A stretch of 64,000 nt of DNA from Octopus sinensis (GCF_006345805.1 NC_042998.1:167090001-167154000), one strand, 5' to 3'. Shown: positions 28,291 through 43,384, counted from the first letter of the stretch. Notes: generated by a model not told the origin, from the letters alone. Made by a program: numbers and translations.

Positions 28291-30115
28291 TATATATATT
28301 ATATATATATATATATACAGACATACGTGTGTGCGCGGGGGGGTGCATACATATGCATATATATAATGTATGCATGCATGTAGTTATGTATGTAACCGTA
28401 TCTATCAAAAATTGGGTTTACGCATGTCGATTGGACGTTTTTATGATTATTTAATGGTATTCATATGGTAACTGTTTACCCAACTTACAGATTTCTAAAC
28501 TTGGCATATCTCAAAAAGATACACTTTCTGTTTCAGTTATTTCTCACAGGGAATCATTTACATTTTTTCTATTCTTCCTTTCTCTCTAGATTTCTTTCTT
28601 CCAATCTCACTTTTTTTCCTCTCTGATTTCTGTCTTTGTTTTTGTTTTTATTTCGTTTTCTTTGTTTCTTTCTTCGTTTTCTTCTACTATTTCATTTGTT
28701 GCTTATTTCTAAATAAACTCATTCTTGTATAATTGACTGTATTGGCTTTATTAAAAAATATAATTATAATTAATGCATATTAACTCTAAGTCATTAAATG
28801 TGATTAGTATGGTTTCATATTCATGTCAGATGTATTAACTTTAACTAAGGGTGAAACGGATTATTCTTCTCAGTCGGTTTCAATTTTAAATAAATCCAGA
28901 TATATATATTACTATAACATATTCGCTGGTACACTAATGAAGAGGCATGGTTATGCTGTTGTTTAAACCCGAGGCCAGTCATATTCTAGAACATTCCGGA
29001 TATGACTAACTTATTCCGGACTTGCCCAAATGTTAGCGGTATGTAGGACAATATTTTCTTATTTAAGAACGTAGCATGAAGTTTGTTGGAGAATTGAATG
29101 CCATTCCCTGCAGTTGGAGAGACGACGTCGAGGTTCATTATAAGTTCAAATGCTGTCGAGGTTAACTTTGTGTCTCATTGTTTCGTGGTCGATAAAATAA
29201 GCACCAGTTCGGCAGTGGGGATTTATGTAATAGACAAACCACCCACATCACTAAAATTGCTGGCCCTGGGGCAAAATTTGCAACCATTATATATTGCTTG
29301 TTGCAGCTGGTTCAACTGCATTATTAATGCGGTCAAGAAATGCAAGAAAGTTAAGTCTAAGTATAGAAGGTTAATAATTAAATATTCGATTGTAAAAGCT
29401 CATAAACTTTTCTCGAAGCATTATTGTTGTTGTTGTTTTTTTCTTTTATCAGTGATCTATCCGAGAATTATAATTAACCAATATTTTAAATGATTTTCTT
29501 TCGAAGAAGCAAAGAAGTTAGATCTCTCATTTAAATTACATTTTAGCGATTTCGAATAAAAACTTCAAAGATGTTTTTTCCGGTGCGTAAGCCCCAATGT
29601 GTTCGGTCGATCTGCTAGAAATTGTTACCAACTTGCAGACTTAAATAAATAGCATATTCGATTTACCGCCAAGACAAACAGCAAAAATTACCATTCTACT
29701 CACGGCTGAAATAACTTTCATCGTAGGTTTGCTCAGTCAGGGTGGTTTTGGGAGTCTTGATTGAGCGAGAACAACTGCAAAAATATCTTCATGTAGCGTG
29801 TATATTTTTGTCCTAAAATCCGCAACAACTTCATGTAAAATCTGCAATAGTAGTTATAGATGCAAAGGACATATTTCAAAGGGTAACCCCATACCACACA
29901 TGCACAGACACACACAAACCAAAAACGAACAACAAATCTATCCCTCTATACATATATACATACAAACCTATGTACATACATACGTATATACATACATACA
30001 TACATACATACATACATACATACATACATACATACATACATACATGCATGCATACATACATACATACATACATACATACATACACACATACATACATACA
30101 TACATACATACGTAC

Positions 30116-30157
<42 letters not shown>

Positions 30158-30199
30158 CCATTCTCTTACGCTATCAGGCACTATATTATCCGAAATGTA

Positions 30200-30221
30200 T
30201 AGATCGATAGATAGATCGATC

Positions 30222-30312
<91 letters not shown>
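30200..30312. repeat. (GATA)n microsatellite
   Basis: Visible directly. Further (GATA)n tracts at ~5792-5860 and ~21467-21518. Confidence 0.95.
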
Positions 30313-30314
<2 letters not shown>

Positions 30315-30518
30315 GCAGGGATTTGGGGATCTCGGTCGTTCGAATATGAGGATTCATTTGTTCGTTCTTCTGAATTAATACGGAGATGCTGCGTATTCTG
30401 TAAACACGTATACTCTTAAAGTAATTGTCTTGTAGAATCAGTGTGACACTACAAATGTTTATCTTTGAAATCACAGCTAGAACTCAATCGATGAATATAT
30501 ATACAGTTTCCGTCTTGT

Positions 30519-30900
30519 GGAGGCGCAATGGCCCAGTGGTTAGGGCAGCGGACTCACGGTCATAGGATCGCGGTTTCGATTCCTAGACCGGGCGTTGTGA
30601 GTGTTTATTGAGCGAAAACACCTAAAGCTCCACGAGTCTCCGGCAGGGGATGGTGGTGATCCTTGCTGTACTCTTTCACCACAACTTTCTCTCACTCTTA
30701 CTTCCTGTTTCTGTTGCACCTGTATTTCAAAGAGCCGGCCATGCCACTTTCTGTGTCACGCTGAATATCCCCGAGAACTACGTTAAGGGTACACGTGTCT
30801 GTGGAGTGCTCAGCCACTTACACGTTAATTTCACGAGCAGGCTGTTCCGTTGATTCGGATCAACCGGAACCCTCGTCGTCGTAACCGACGGAGTGTTCCC
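30519..30900 (+). mobile_element. Full-length tRNA-derived SINE family C with 14-bp target-site duplication
   Basis: A box tggcccagtgg and B box ggtttcgattcc. Flanking direct repeat tacagtttccgtct at 30502-30515 and 30905-30918. Related copies at 53680-53975(-) and 57755-58085. Confidence 0.9.
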
Positions 30901-32853
30901 CTCCTACAGTTTCCGTCTATCTAATTTCACTCACAAAAGTATGGGTCGAAGTGTTATATGGCCAAGATACAATAACTTCATTTTCACATATATTAAATTG
31001 AAATATCATTAGTATATGAGGTTCTGCTAAAGCCAATTTCCTTTCTACCCTTTTCTACGATCACTTATTTAATCCTTAAGTTGGCCCTAATTTCCTTTAG
31101 GCTGCACGTAGAACATTACATACCACACGTTTCGAAACTGAATTTCATTCGAAGGAATATTCAAGGTTGGATAACACACTAATACTGCAACAATGCGAAT
31201 ACTTCACAAGAGGAAAGACGTTACTGTGTTCATGTTTGTATTTGGCTAGGCCGATCCCGTTCGAAACCACCTGAAAATCATCAGCTACTGATTATGATTA
31301 CCTAGTATTGTATGCCAGTGACTGTTTTATCTAATGATTCCTTCGTTAAAACTGAAGTTTTTGCTATTTTTAGCGATTCAAGGAGGAACGTAAAGACTTT
31401 CTTGTTCGCTTGTGACTGATGTCGAAAATTGTAAACAAGGATTAGTATAAGCTGTGTTGAGGCTTTAGGAACTAAATTTCCAATATCATTGTCAATCGTT
31501 CTTTTGACAGTCCAAATCATTCTGTATTCACTTTAAGACAGGATAACATCTATAGCTCAAGGGAGATTTGGCTGCTATCTCTGACAGTTCGAGTGCTCAC
31601 TTAGGGGTTTATTTGACCTGTCGGCTGATTTTAATTGTGGAGCCGACTTCTCTGTGTAACTTTGTTAAGTCTCAATTAATTATATTGGAATTATCAATAT
31701 AACGTTTTAAATTGGCGACGAAAGATTATTCCCACAGTTATGAATTGCATCCCGACGTCCATATGGCACCATATTAATTTATTTTATTTTATTTTTGGAA
31801 CAGTGAATCTCGAAACAGATAAAGCTATAAATAATAGCGTGTAAATGTTGGGTTTAAAAACCCTTTGGTTAGAAAAGGCCAAAGACCGCATGCAGGACTC
31901 AATCCTACATCTTCTGCAGACATGACATACGTTTTGCCATTCGACCGAAACAATCCTACCAATTTATTTATTTTAGAAATTTCATTCTTACCAGTGAGAA
32001 TTCTATGTTGTTGACGTCACAAGACTAATTAATTTTCGAATGAGATATGGATGAATTTGCTGCTGTTTATTGTCTGCTCAGCCATGACTGGGCAACCCTT
32101 TGATCAAAGACATTTTAGCTATGATCAACCTGTCTTACTTTTAGACACGGTACATCTAGCGCAACAAGACGGCGAGCTGGCAGAAACGTTAGCACGACAG
32201 GCGAAATGCGTAGCCGTATTTCGTTTGCCGTTACTTTCTGAGTTCGAATTCCGCCGAGGTACACTTTGCCTTTCATCATTTCGGGGTCGATTGAATAATT
32301 ACCAGTTACGCACTGGGGTCGATATAATCGACTTAATCCGTTTGTCTGTCCCTAATTGTCCTCTCTGTGTTTAGCCCCTTGTGGGTAGAAAAGAAATAGG
32401 TATATCTAGCGCTACATTATCCTCTGTATTGTTCCACTTATAAAAGATAGTAGGATGACATTTGAGGCAGAATTAGTTGTTATTTATAGCAGCTTTAGCA
32501 ACTACATAGATGTTACTTCATTGGTTCCATACGGATACAACAAGATCCATATACTGAAATTTTTAAGGAGTTACAGGTTTATTTATAATCATTATTTGGA
32601 AACTTTTATAAAAAGCTGTTCTTTTATTCATTTATACTGAGAGTTTCTTAAACGAGTGAAACTGCTTTAATATATTCTTCATTCATATCCTTCCGCTCAT
32701 GACTATCAGGCTTTCTTTTACTATTTCATTAAAATCATGTTTTCAAAGAACGGACTATTCTCTTTGAAGGTTACTAGATGTACCATATCTTTTTTTTATC
32801 TGACCTATCGTTTCTAGTGATCTGACAACAGTCACTCTGTTTTTAACTTTCAG

Positions 32854-32966
32854 TTGTGTGTGTGTGTGTGTTTGTGTGTGTGTGTTTGTGTGTTTGTGTG
32901 TGTGTGTGTGTGTTTGTGTGTGTGTTTGTGTGCGTGTGTGTGTGTGTTTGTATGTGTGTGTGTTTG

Positions 32967-33058
<92 letters not shown>

Positions 33059-33085
33059 TGTGTGTGTGTGTGTGCGTGCGTGCGT
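32854..33085. repeat. Interrupted (GT)n microsatellite
   Basis: Visible directly. Confidence 0.97.
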
Positions 33086-34409
33086 GCTTGGTTGTCTTTC
33101 TCTGTCCGTCAGTTTGTCTCACTCTGCTGAATGGTATGGAATTAAAAATTGACTCATACGGAGTTGATTATTTTTGTTTGTATCGATTCGATTTCTAGTT
33201 GTATCCATTTCATCTCAGTTACATCGTTAATCTGTTTTGAAGATACGAACATTACACACACTTATATCACTACTACCGCTCTCATTTTTTTAAATATGCA
33301 TCTAAAGAAGAAACATCTATTGTATTGATAGTAACCCTCGTCGATATGCTATAGTTGGATTCAGCGAATCGAATCCGAAATTAGTGATGCTCCATGAACA
33401 TCAGCAATATCCTCTAGATTTGGCAACAACGTCACTGCTTGAGTTTATCTCCATCTGAAATCTTAAGTTTCATGTCACAAGAAGAAATTATTATAATTAT
33501 GCTGAAATTAATTAAAACGGCAAATATCTTCGGCAAGAATATCAATGAGTTAATTCTAGTAATAAGAGCCGCTTAGTGCTTCACTGCCAATAGGGCTACT
33601 TTCATAAACTTGAGGAGGATGCAAACACTTTAGATTATTTTAAAATTCAATTAGCAGCAATTAGCTTCTCTCAAGCGATTACATTATATACTGTAACCGA
33701 GAGAAACAAGAAGTGTTTTCATAACATCTTACAGTCAGTACATTTCGTTGTTTTACATTACTTGAAGTTAATGAATATCGTTTTACTACAGTGTATAAAT
33801 ATTGGTTTCAAATTCTGGCAACAAGGTTAGCAATATCTGGGATGGGCTAGGTTGATTACATCGACCCCAGTACTAAACTGGTACTTATTTTATTGTCCCC
33901 GAAATGATGAAAGGCAAGGTCGACCTCGGCAGAATTTGAACTCAGAACGTGAAGATGGATGAAATGCCGCTAAAATATAGTATATAAATATTGATTTCTT
34001 GTATTGATATGAAATCGGAGATCTATGACTGGCATAAAGATTATTATTCCTATTTTCCAAGATAGACACAATTTCATTCCTTCTTTCTTCTCTTGAGCCC
34101 TTAAATCTTGACACAGTTGTGGGGACACCATCGTGAAATAAGGCATGTCTTGAATATTTTAAAGAACCCTAGAACTGAATGAAAAGTAAAGTTGACCACT
34201 GGGAGAGGGATATGAACTCAGAGAGAAAAGAATATTGAAGGCATTCTGACAACATAACGACACTTCTGGGCACAATAAAGATAATATAACTATCAGAGTT
34301 ACTGCCCTCTTGGCGGTTTTCTACTGGTGTACGTCATACTTGCTTTTATAAAACTCCTATAATGTGAATATCTGTCAACACATGTCCAGCAATGTGAATT
34401 AGAGCGTTG

Positions 34410-34850
34410 GTCATTCTTGTCAGCATGTAAAACAATACTGAAATCTTTTAAAGCTTCTGTTTCAATAGCTGCTCTGAAACAATATATTGCATTGGTCATC
34501 TTGTATGGTTTTCGAAATCTCACCACAAGTATTTGTAGTATGCCACAGATTTCACTGTGTCATGGAAGTAGATTTGGACAAACTTCGAATTGTCATCATC
34601 TGAAAGTAATGATCCGATCATGTGGCAAACTTTTCTCAGCACCTAAAATGTAGAGCCGTGAGCTCTAATTTTGTTGAAACCCAAAAGAATCCAATGCCGG
34701 GACATTGTTATAGGAATGTACATTTTCCAGGAAACTGTTCCGTGTTTGAGCAACATCGAAGTACTTAAGAATATTTGTTGGAGTTGGCTACAGTTTGTCC
34801 AGTTTTACTATCTCTTCAAACCAACAAAGAGATTTTGATTCAGGATGTCA
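34410..34850 (-). pseudogene. Helitron Rep/helicase N-terminal region relic
   Basis: Minus-strand pieces FLENVHSYNNVPALDSFG, KVCHMIGSLLSDDDNSKFVQIYFHDT and KDFSIVLHADK match the FLxNIRxYNS..F, YHxIGSLLP....FxQIY and IVIHAD motifs of Helitron proteins in the same order. Confidence 0.7.
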
Positions 34851-36664
34851 TCTGTAAGCTTTACACTATTAGCAAATATTGTCGAAGAGATTCCCTGCAT
34901 TGTGTGAGTGCATAAGAGACAGAACATCGCTCTTGAAAGTCATCGAAATTGGCATTCATCGCTAACACTTTAACATACTCGTTCCTAGTTTGAAAGTTTT
35001 TCATCTATTCGCCTGTTGTACTTATTCGGTTTGCTCTTTCAGCATCCTGTTTGTATACACTGCTGTTATTATTCGTATTTCACTACTATTTGCAGGAGAC
35101 ATTTGTTTGCATATCCTGTACATTTTGATAAAGATTATCAATTGGCACTTGAATATTCACAGATTATGAAAGCTGGTTCATTGTATTACTTTGAAGTAAA
35201 TTATTTTCCTCTTAAGATACACTCACCAATCTCTCATGTGTAGTAGAAACAGAATCATATTCTCAACGCCTACGTGCATATTCAAGCGTTTCTTTCAGTA
35301 ACTTTGCCCGGGTTTCTTCTGATTCTCCATTTGTCGTTGTGCCTTTGTTGCGTATTTTTTCGGACGATCCATGTTAAATTTTAAAAATCATGTGTAAGAC
35401 AATCAGTATCATATTGTATTGTATTATAGTAGTGTAATCAACGTAGGCACAGAAATTAACCCAAGACTTTTATTATTCAAAGGACTATGGTTTACACATT
35501 TGTGTATAACGAAATAAAACTTGAAACGAAACATTTCTAAGTGTTTTTTATATGATAAATAGTGTAAAAACGTTTATAATTATTCTAGAAGTGTTTCAGA
35601 GAAAATCTTTGTAATCGCTTATTTTTAATTAAAACATTTGAACCGAGGCGGTAAAGAGCGAGCGAGAGAGCGGGTGAGCGAGTAAGATCGTGAGAGAGGG
35701 GGAAGAGAGACAACGTTGCGAGGAAGAATGCGAAAAAAACAGAGTGTGCAGAAGAAAGACGAAAAGTATTAAATGAAATACTAGAGGAAGGAATACACAC
35801 GAAGTTTATGAGATAAAGTGAGAGAAGAGGCAAAGACCAAAGGAAATACGCTGAAAAAATGATGAGGAGAAAATTGAGAGAAAAAATGTTGTAAGGACGG
35901 AGAAGCAGAAGTTTGCAGGGAAACAGTAGAAGAAAAAGGATAAAAATGTAAGGTTTTAGAAGTTGCTGAATATGCTGCAGTGAATAATTATTTTTCTGTC
36001 GAAGCGTGTAGTTGAAATTTCCAATAATAAAAGAAAATTGAAAACCACATTTTGATACATTTTATTATAACTGGAATTTATAAGAATTTTCTGAATAGTG
36101 TAAATTTTAATAATTGCTTTCTTTTAATAAAAGCTTCATACTCATAACTAATTAATAAGCAGATTTCTTTATTATAGTTTAGGACTATAGTATACTTGGC
36201 TCAGAGGGTTCGGTAAAATATCGCTCTGAAAGATTTAAAATACTTCCTTTCGTCCATCATGGGTTTGATCGCAAATCCCATTGGCGTCATTAACATCCTG
36301 TTATGAAAATAATTCTATCGCAACTGGGCTAGATTCGATTCAGTAAACTATATTACATAACCTACATAAATACTGCAGTCCTAAGTTTCCGACCGGAAAG
36401 AGAGAATTTCTGAACTTCTTCCAGAGAAATTTAAGATACGGTCTTTAGTTACACTTAATGTCGATTTATTTACGTTGCTTAATTCCTTTGTAAAGTAATT
36501 CCTTGAGAAATATAAAATTTTTTGTTGCTTGTCAAAGAGAAGCCAATATAATTATTGTTTCAATAACCAAATGTAGTAATATTTCATATGAGATAAAGAA
36601 AATACACAAATTTTGTAGTTTTTAAAAAATTTTTTCTATACAAATTGATATATTGGTGTTGCTG

Positions 36665-36771
36665 TCTTCTTCTTCTTCTTCTTCTTCTTCTTCTTCTTCT
36701 TCTTCTTCTTCTTCTTCTTCTTCTTCTTCTTCTTCTTCTTCTTCTTCTTCTTCTTCTTCTTCTTCTTCTTC
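36665..36771. repeat. (TTC)n / (AAG)n trinucleotide repeat, possibly the tail of a minus-strand non-LTR element extending to ~37060
   Basis: The pure run is seen directly. The tail interpretation is inferred from the GC-richer unique sequence abutting it. Confidence 0.85.
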
Positions 36772-37449
36772 CAATCAGGACTCACGCCATTAGCCACAAA
36801 GAATAATCTTAAATTCGAGCCTACTCTAAGCTACTAAGAGTGCGTGTGGCAACTTGAAGATCCACCCACCACACGCGATAGACTGGCGGTTGCACGGGCG
36901 CGAAAGTTATGCTGTTATCCTCTTTCCCTAAACGGTGGCTTTTAACGGGTGGAGAGCTGAACCATCCTGGAGTACAGATGATTAACAATCTAAACTAGGG
37001 TCTGAAAGTTTACCAAACCATAGTGGGTTACACCATGGTTCCTCTGCTTTGTGGCAGAAGTAGGAAGAAAGAGTGAGAGAAAGTTATGGTGAAAGAGTAT
37101 ATAGTTTATCTAGTTTATCCAGATTTCCACTTAAACATTTATTCACAAAACCAAGTATTGATATAAATTTCAAAGAGATATTCCCATCAGCAGGGCAACC
37201 TATGATGGTAAATAATTTTTGTCTGCCGCAAACAAAATCCAGCCTGTCATGTTTATATATGTACATACATACATGCATACATACATACATACATGCATGC
37301 ATGCATGCATGAATACATACATACATACATACACACATACATACATACATACATACATACATACATACATACATACATACATACATACATTTATATTTTG
37401 TTTTTCAGACTATCAGATGTCTTTATATATCGCTGATCACAATTCGCTT

Positions 37450-37960
37450 CCAGTCTTCCCTTTATTGCACCCTTCTGTTCCACTTGATTTGGGCCCGGAT
37501 TGTTCGATTATGTCGTCTCTCCATTATATTGGAGATCTTCCTTGAAGTCCTCCGATCTCTTCGCTACCACTCAATTTCTTCACAGTCCATCTGTTATCTG
37601 CAAGCCTTGTGACTTGTCTCGCCCAACAGAATTTTTGCTTTTGGTATTCCTCGAACACATCGTCCACTCCACTCCGTCCTTGAAATACCACATTTCGAAT
37701 ATGCGCCTAGTATATTTATTTCCATGGATTTCTGTATCGTAGCCCGGTATGGACAGAAATTCGGAGTGTTACAGCTCATCGTTCATATTGATGCCACCTG
37801 TCGAATCAATCACTCTGATGACTATTTCAAAACATAAGTTGAAGGGCTTTTAAGAGATGGTATCTCTTTGTTTGATGCCCTTCCCGTCTGGAACGTATAT
37901 GAGTTGTGACAGCAGAACTCTGTCAGTGGTGTACTCTGACTTCAATATTCTGAGAAGAAA
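37450..37960 (-). pseudogene. RTE-clade LINE reverse transcriptase fragment
   Basis: KGIKQRDTIS*KPF (QGD motif relic) and KFCWARQVTRLADNRWT...GRSPI*WRDDI (RTE C-terminal WAGHVAR...RW motif). Confidence 0.75.
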
Positions 37961-38021
37961 TTTGCATTTTACTTTAATTCCTTGCATCTTCAGTGAATGT
38001 ATGGAAATCTATAGAAAAATA

Positions 38022-38098
<77 letters not shown>

Positions 38099-41000
38099 AA
38101 TTATAGACAGACAGACAGACAGACAGACAGAGAGTGAGACAGACAGACAGACAGACAGAGAGTGAGACAGACAGACAGACAGAGATATTCATGGTCATCC
38201 AGCATGACTCTCCCTAGACAAAACAAAATTCATTTCAGCACTGGAATTCACATAAAGAATCTTGCAAACGAGACACAAAAACGCAGTATATTTAATTTTC
38301 CGTCATAATAAGATTCTAGTGCACGATTTTGTATTATAATTACGCAAGTATCAGGACTCATCTAACATTCATAATATGGGACGTGTAAAGAGTTCTACGA
38401 GTTCTACGTTATCAGTCACACACTACCAAGTTCGTCATACGATCATTTGCTAACGTCTCATACTGCTTGCTTTATCAACATCAATCTCAGTGCAGGTGGG
38501 TGTTGATACATGATCCAACGCATTATTTAACAGATAAACGAGATTTTTATCATGATGTAATTTATGATCTCCTTGTTATTTTTCACTTGTCAATCTTCCT
38601 GATTCCTCAGAATTGACATTAAATTGCAAAATTATACTGCTTATTCTAATAGCGAACAGCACAAATAGAAATACTGTTTTTTTTTTTTTTTTTGGTTTTG
38701 GGGTTTTATTTTTGCCTTTTCACTTGATAGAAAGATTTTAAAAATTACTTGATATGAAACATTATCACGTTCTTTTATTTCTAGGATTGTACATAATTGT
38801 ATTCAATACAACACTAAGTTCAGTTATTATTAATATTGGTTTCAAATTTTGGCACAAGGCCAGCAATTCTGTGAAAGGGTTAAATCGATTGCAACAACCC
38901 CAGCGCTCAAATGGTACTTATTTTATCGACCCCTAAAGGATGAGGCAAAGTCGACCTCGGCAGCATTAGAACTAAGAACGTAAAGACGAATAAAATACCG
39001 CTAAGAATTTTGCCCGGCGTGCCAACGATTCTACACCCTCACCGTCTTACTTCATATCTTAATAATCCCTTCTACCATAGACACAAGGCTTATAACTTTG
39101 GGGGAGGGGATAGTACTTATTTCATAGACCCCGAACGGATAAAAGGCAAAGTCGACCTCGGCAGAATTTGAACTCAGGAAAGCCACTAAGCATTTTGCCC
39201 GGTGTACTGATCCATATCTTAATAATACTGCCTCATCTTGATTGCTTGAGTGAGATTGCCTACATTCAATACGGATTTTTAAAGTCTTCGAAATTCTGTG
39301 AAAAAGTATTTTTTAGTGTGGTCTTCCTTCATTTCTAAACTTTTGATTTTATCACACCCCTGTATTCCAAGATATTTTTATACTTCTACATTTAAAAACT
39401 TATACTACTACCATCAGGTAGTTCTATTTCAGTACCATTTTTGCTCTTAAGGCTTTCTCTTCATCGCAGCACATTTCTCCATATCAAATATCATGACTAT
39501 GTCGCTGCTAAATATTCATACTTACATACTATTTTGCAAAAACGAAAAAGGATAATAATAGAAATATGTTCAATATAATGCAATGCTAGTTACGAGCTAC
39601 AGACAGAAGTTATTTACAAGGCATTTGCTATCTGTTGTATCATTATTATAAACAGAAAACACGAATGAGAAAGACAAGATGGAGTAAACAAAATAAGGCC
39701 AGAAAGAAAGAGAAGACACGGAGAAGAACAAATAGTCATTGAGGAGGTCACAGACTGTGTAACGAAAAAACATTGATAAAATAACCAATAACTAATGATT
39801 ATAAGGCTGAAGTGAAAGTCAAATAGTGCGTGTGTTTTTTAACAAAATGACCGTCCCCAAATAAATATAACAATAGCTAATAAGTCATTCCATTTTTTAT
39901 CTTCTTTTAAGATGATGGTGTGTGATTTGTTTGGGATTTTGACCCTTGAATGATTCAGTAGATGCTTCTGTACTGAATGACCGCTATAGAAAGTATACTC
40001 CTTTGTACACTAAATTTGAAAGGAAAGGCGAATAAACATAAGTGTAATGGTTTTGCTCATATGTCTGCTTAGAGTTGATATGACATTAAATAACAATATA
40101 AAATAATAAGATTCTCTATACAGTTTCAATGCTCGGTAAGTGTAAATGACTATAGTTTGTAAGCAAACAAGTCAGTACATACGGAATGCAGATGGTACAA
40201 TCATTACAAAAATAACTCTCAATGTTAAGCAACACTATAAGGGAAAGGGATTCATAATGACTTTTAGATAAAAAAAAGTTTCTAAAAAGCGAAAAAAAAA
40301 AATGATGAAACCACTGTTTGCAAAATTTCCCCCAAGGAATTTTTAATGCAGTCAGCACGCCTTGAACTACTAAGTTTGCGACGGTGCAATGCCATAGTTG
40401 CAAACAGGCATAAAGAGCTATGACAATGAGTGTCGCAGCTGTAAGTTTAGTAAAGTCGTTTAACTCTAAACGGCCGAGTCAGTTCAGCTGTAAAGAACAA
40501 AACTAGCACTGCGTCATTTGATGTTTACGATACTTACAATGTAGGGCTGAGATTTTGCAATGTGTAGTAAGCAAAACAAGAATAACTCAAATAATTTAAA
40601 GCATGGTAACAGAACCCTATAAATTGGGTGAAGCAGGAGAATATACTCAGTAAAATGTGGTGAGCTGGCAGAATTGTTAGCAAGCCAGGCAAAATTCTCA
40701 GCGGCATTTCGCCCACCTGCGTTGAGTTTAAAATCAGCCGAGGTCGACTTTACCTTTCATTATTTCGAGGTCGATAAAATAGTACCATCAAAAACATGGC
40801 ATCTGAGATCGATGTAATCGGCATACCCCATCTCCCAAAATTGCTGGCTTTGTGCCTAAATTTGAAATTAATATCTAAACATAGTGAGTGGATGATCACT
40901 TAAAACAGAGTGGTGAGACAGCTGCGGAGAAAATTAATTAATTATAATATTATCATCCCGAGAGAAGTCAGTTAATTGCAATAATACTTTGTGGTATCTA

Positions 41001-41944
41001 GTTTCACTTCTTTACATTCTGAGTTCAAATCATGCCGAGACCAATTTCCCATTACATTCTTTCGGGATCGATAAGTAAGTATGATTGATATATTTTATCG
41101 ATACAATCAATATACCGATATAAATGCGAGAAGTTGCTCTTATGTTAGAAGTTAATACGGTCTTCAAAACCTAGGTGGGAGTTTTAGTAGACTGGGTAGA
41201 GCGCTGAACAAAATTGCATGCACTCTGTTTCTGAATCGAGTTCCAATTATCCTTTCATTGTCGATAAATCAAGTTCCAGTGAATATAATCGTCTGTATCC
41301 CTCCTGGTTAATCGGTAGTTTTGTGCCTGTGTTGAAAAGAAAGCAGCATTATGTTCCCCGAAAGAATGAGGTAATTGGCCGGAATTTGGGGACTTGCCGA
41401 AACAATGAAGCATCAAAAACATCAAAGAAACTTCCTTTACATTTTATTGGCATCTTAATTCATTCGTTCAATAATTCAAAGTAATTGCCATAAAATATTT
41501 ATATTCATTAATATAATCCTCATTGATCAATTAAATTAATAATCTTATAAAAGCTTTTAAGATGTTTCTCAAATCTAGCGCCATCCCCTCCTGATATTTC
41601 TTTCTAAGCCCGTGACTTTCTAAGTACCAATGTCTAGTGTATGAAGAAAGAAGACGGTTTAGTTCTTTTAATCTATCTCACAACAACTAAATCATAATAT
41701 TTGGATTTCACAAATTTATGTCGTATATTGTTGGAAAATTCACCCCAAAAAGCCTCCTTAAAACGATAAACGTTAAACACATTTTCCGACCCTAGTTCAG
41801 TAATATTGCTGATTGCTCCATCATCTGGATCCTCTCAGAAAGACAGATTTTTAATTCACGTGATCCATTCTAATAGGTTGTGGTTCCATCGTTTTAGTAA
41901 TGTTCACCATATTAAAGAACGTTTTGATCATTAGTCATTAAGTT

Positions 41945-42045
41945 TCCAGAAAAATTGGGACATTAAGGTGGTATTTTCTCTGTATTTTGATCGAAATATG
42001 CAAATATACTGACGATAACGACCCTTTAAATTGTTCTTGGTAAGT
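41945..42045 (-). pseudogene. PLE GIY-YIG fragment
   Basis: KNNLKGRYRQYICIFRSKYRENTTLMSQFFWKL resembles the PLE FKxRYxxH...T.LSxxxWxL motif. Confidence 0.5.
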
Positions 42046-42313
42046 TTTATATAATACCTTTCAATACTATCCTAGGGTGTAATTGGTGCCCAATATACAA
42101 CTCGTTTGATGAAAAAGAATGTCCCAAGTGCACAATTGTGGACCAATCAACATCGGTAGCGCTTGATCAGTGACGTCCGTTTAAGAATAACTGAGCATAC
42201 TTTTGTATAAATTAAAAATGTACTTTAGTTATATGTTGATAGAAAATATGTATGTATTTATATATGTATTCGTTTTGCAGGGTTCTTGATGTTAAACTCG
42301 TGTGTTGAAACAA

Positions 42314-42620
42314 ATATTGTTGTATTTGGAGATAGTCATGTTGCCAACATAGCCAATGAAAACACATTCACTATTCATTTGGTGTTCGCTTGCTTCAGCT
42401 TTATTTAATATTGATTATATTTCGACCAGAGAGTTCTTTTATCACACTTCGGTGACCACATCAGTGGTTCTTTCATGAGGTCACAGAAGTGTGACGAAAG
42501 AATTCTGGCTGAAATATAATTAATATGAAATAAAGCTGAAGCAAGCGAACACCGAATAAATAGTGCGTGTGTTTTCATTGGTGAAGTTGGCAACATGACC
42601 ATCCTCAAATACAACAATAT
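42314..42620. repeat. Long imperfect inverted repeat (fold-back)
   Basis: Arms of ~147 bp. About 14 mismatches in the outer ~117 bp by manual alignment. 13-nt loop at ~42462-42474. Confidence 0.9.
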
Positions 42621-43293
42621 ATATATATATATATATATTGTGTCATATGTTATAACCAAAAGTATGCATATGCACAAGCATATACGTTGGTACATATACA
42701 TACATATATAAGAACTCTCAAACACTAACGTGCGCACACGTACAAACACACATTGACATACAGACATACGCCCACAGAGAATGCACAAACACAGACACAT
42801 ACGCACATACATATGTATATAGCACCACTAACACCATCGTCATCATCACTAATTTAAAATCGACAACAAAAACCACGATGAAACAACCAACAACACCACA
42901 ACTAAAACCGCCACGACCATCGCCACCTCCACCTCAACTCATAGTGGGATTTTCATCATAATGCTAACACCAACTAAGACTCCATTTAGCTCATTCAGCT
43001 GACAGGTCACCTAAGCTGCCGTGCCTGTTTGTCTAATTTCGTCTGCCCCATGTGTATGTTATTCTTTAGTTGACCATATCATGTTTCTGTCAAATGTTGT
43101 CATAACGACTCCCAAGAGCTCATTCAACGCGACATATTTATATTGTCGATTCGCTTTTCACGACAGGTATCCAGATAAAGAGACGCCGCGTGTTTTTTCT
43201 AGACTCTCTATGTATAATATATATATATATGTATGTAAAATATATATGTGTGTGTGTGCGTGTATGTATGTATATATATGTATATATATATAT

Positions 43294-43384
<91 letters not shown>

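Noticed and set aside
31110-31180. Minus-strand GAAAC-GTGTG-GTA half-site
   Set aside because: No upstream CTGANGA core, so it cannot be called a ribozyme.
31302-31420. Minus-strand exon-like segment SQANKKVFTFLLESLK...GIQY*
   Set aside because: Splice signals look good but all three frames hit a stop within the segment. No homology recognised.
40447-40488. Possible minus-strand terminal exon ELTRPFRVKRLY*
   Set aside because: Good acceptor but too short, unrecognised, and not linkable to upstream exons.
42440-42500. CTGATGT/GAAA words in the hairpin centre (minus strand)
   Set aside because: Order and spacing are incompatible with a hammerhead. They are explained by the fold-back itself.
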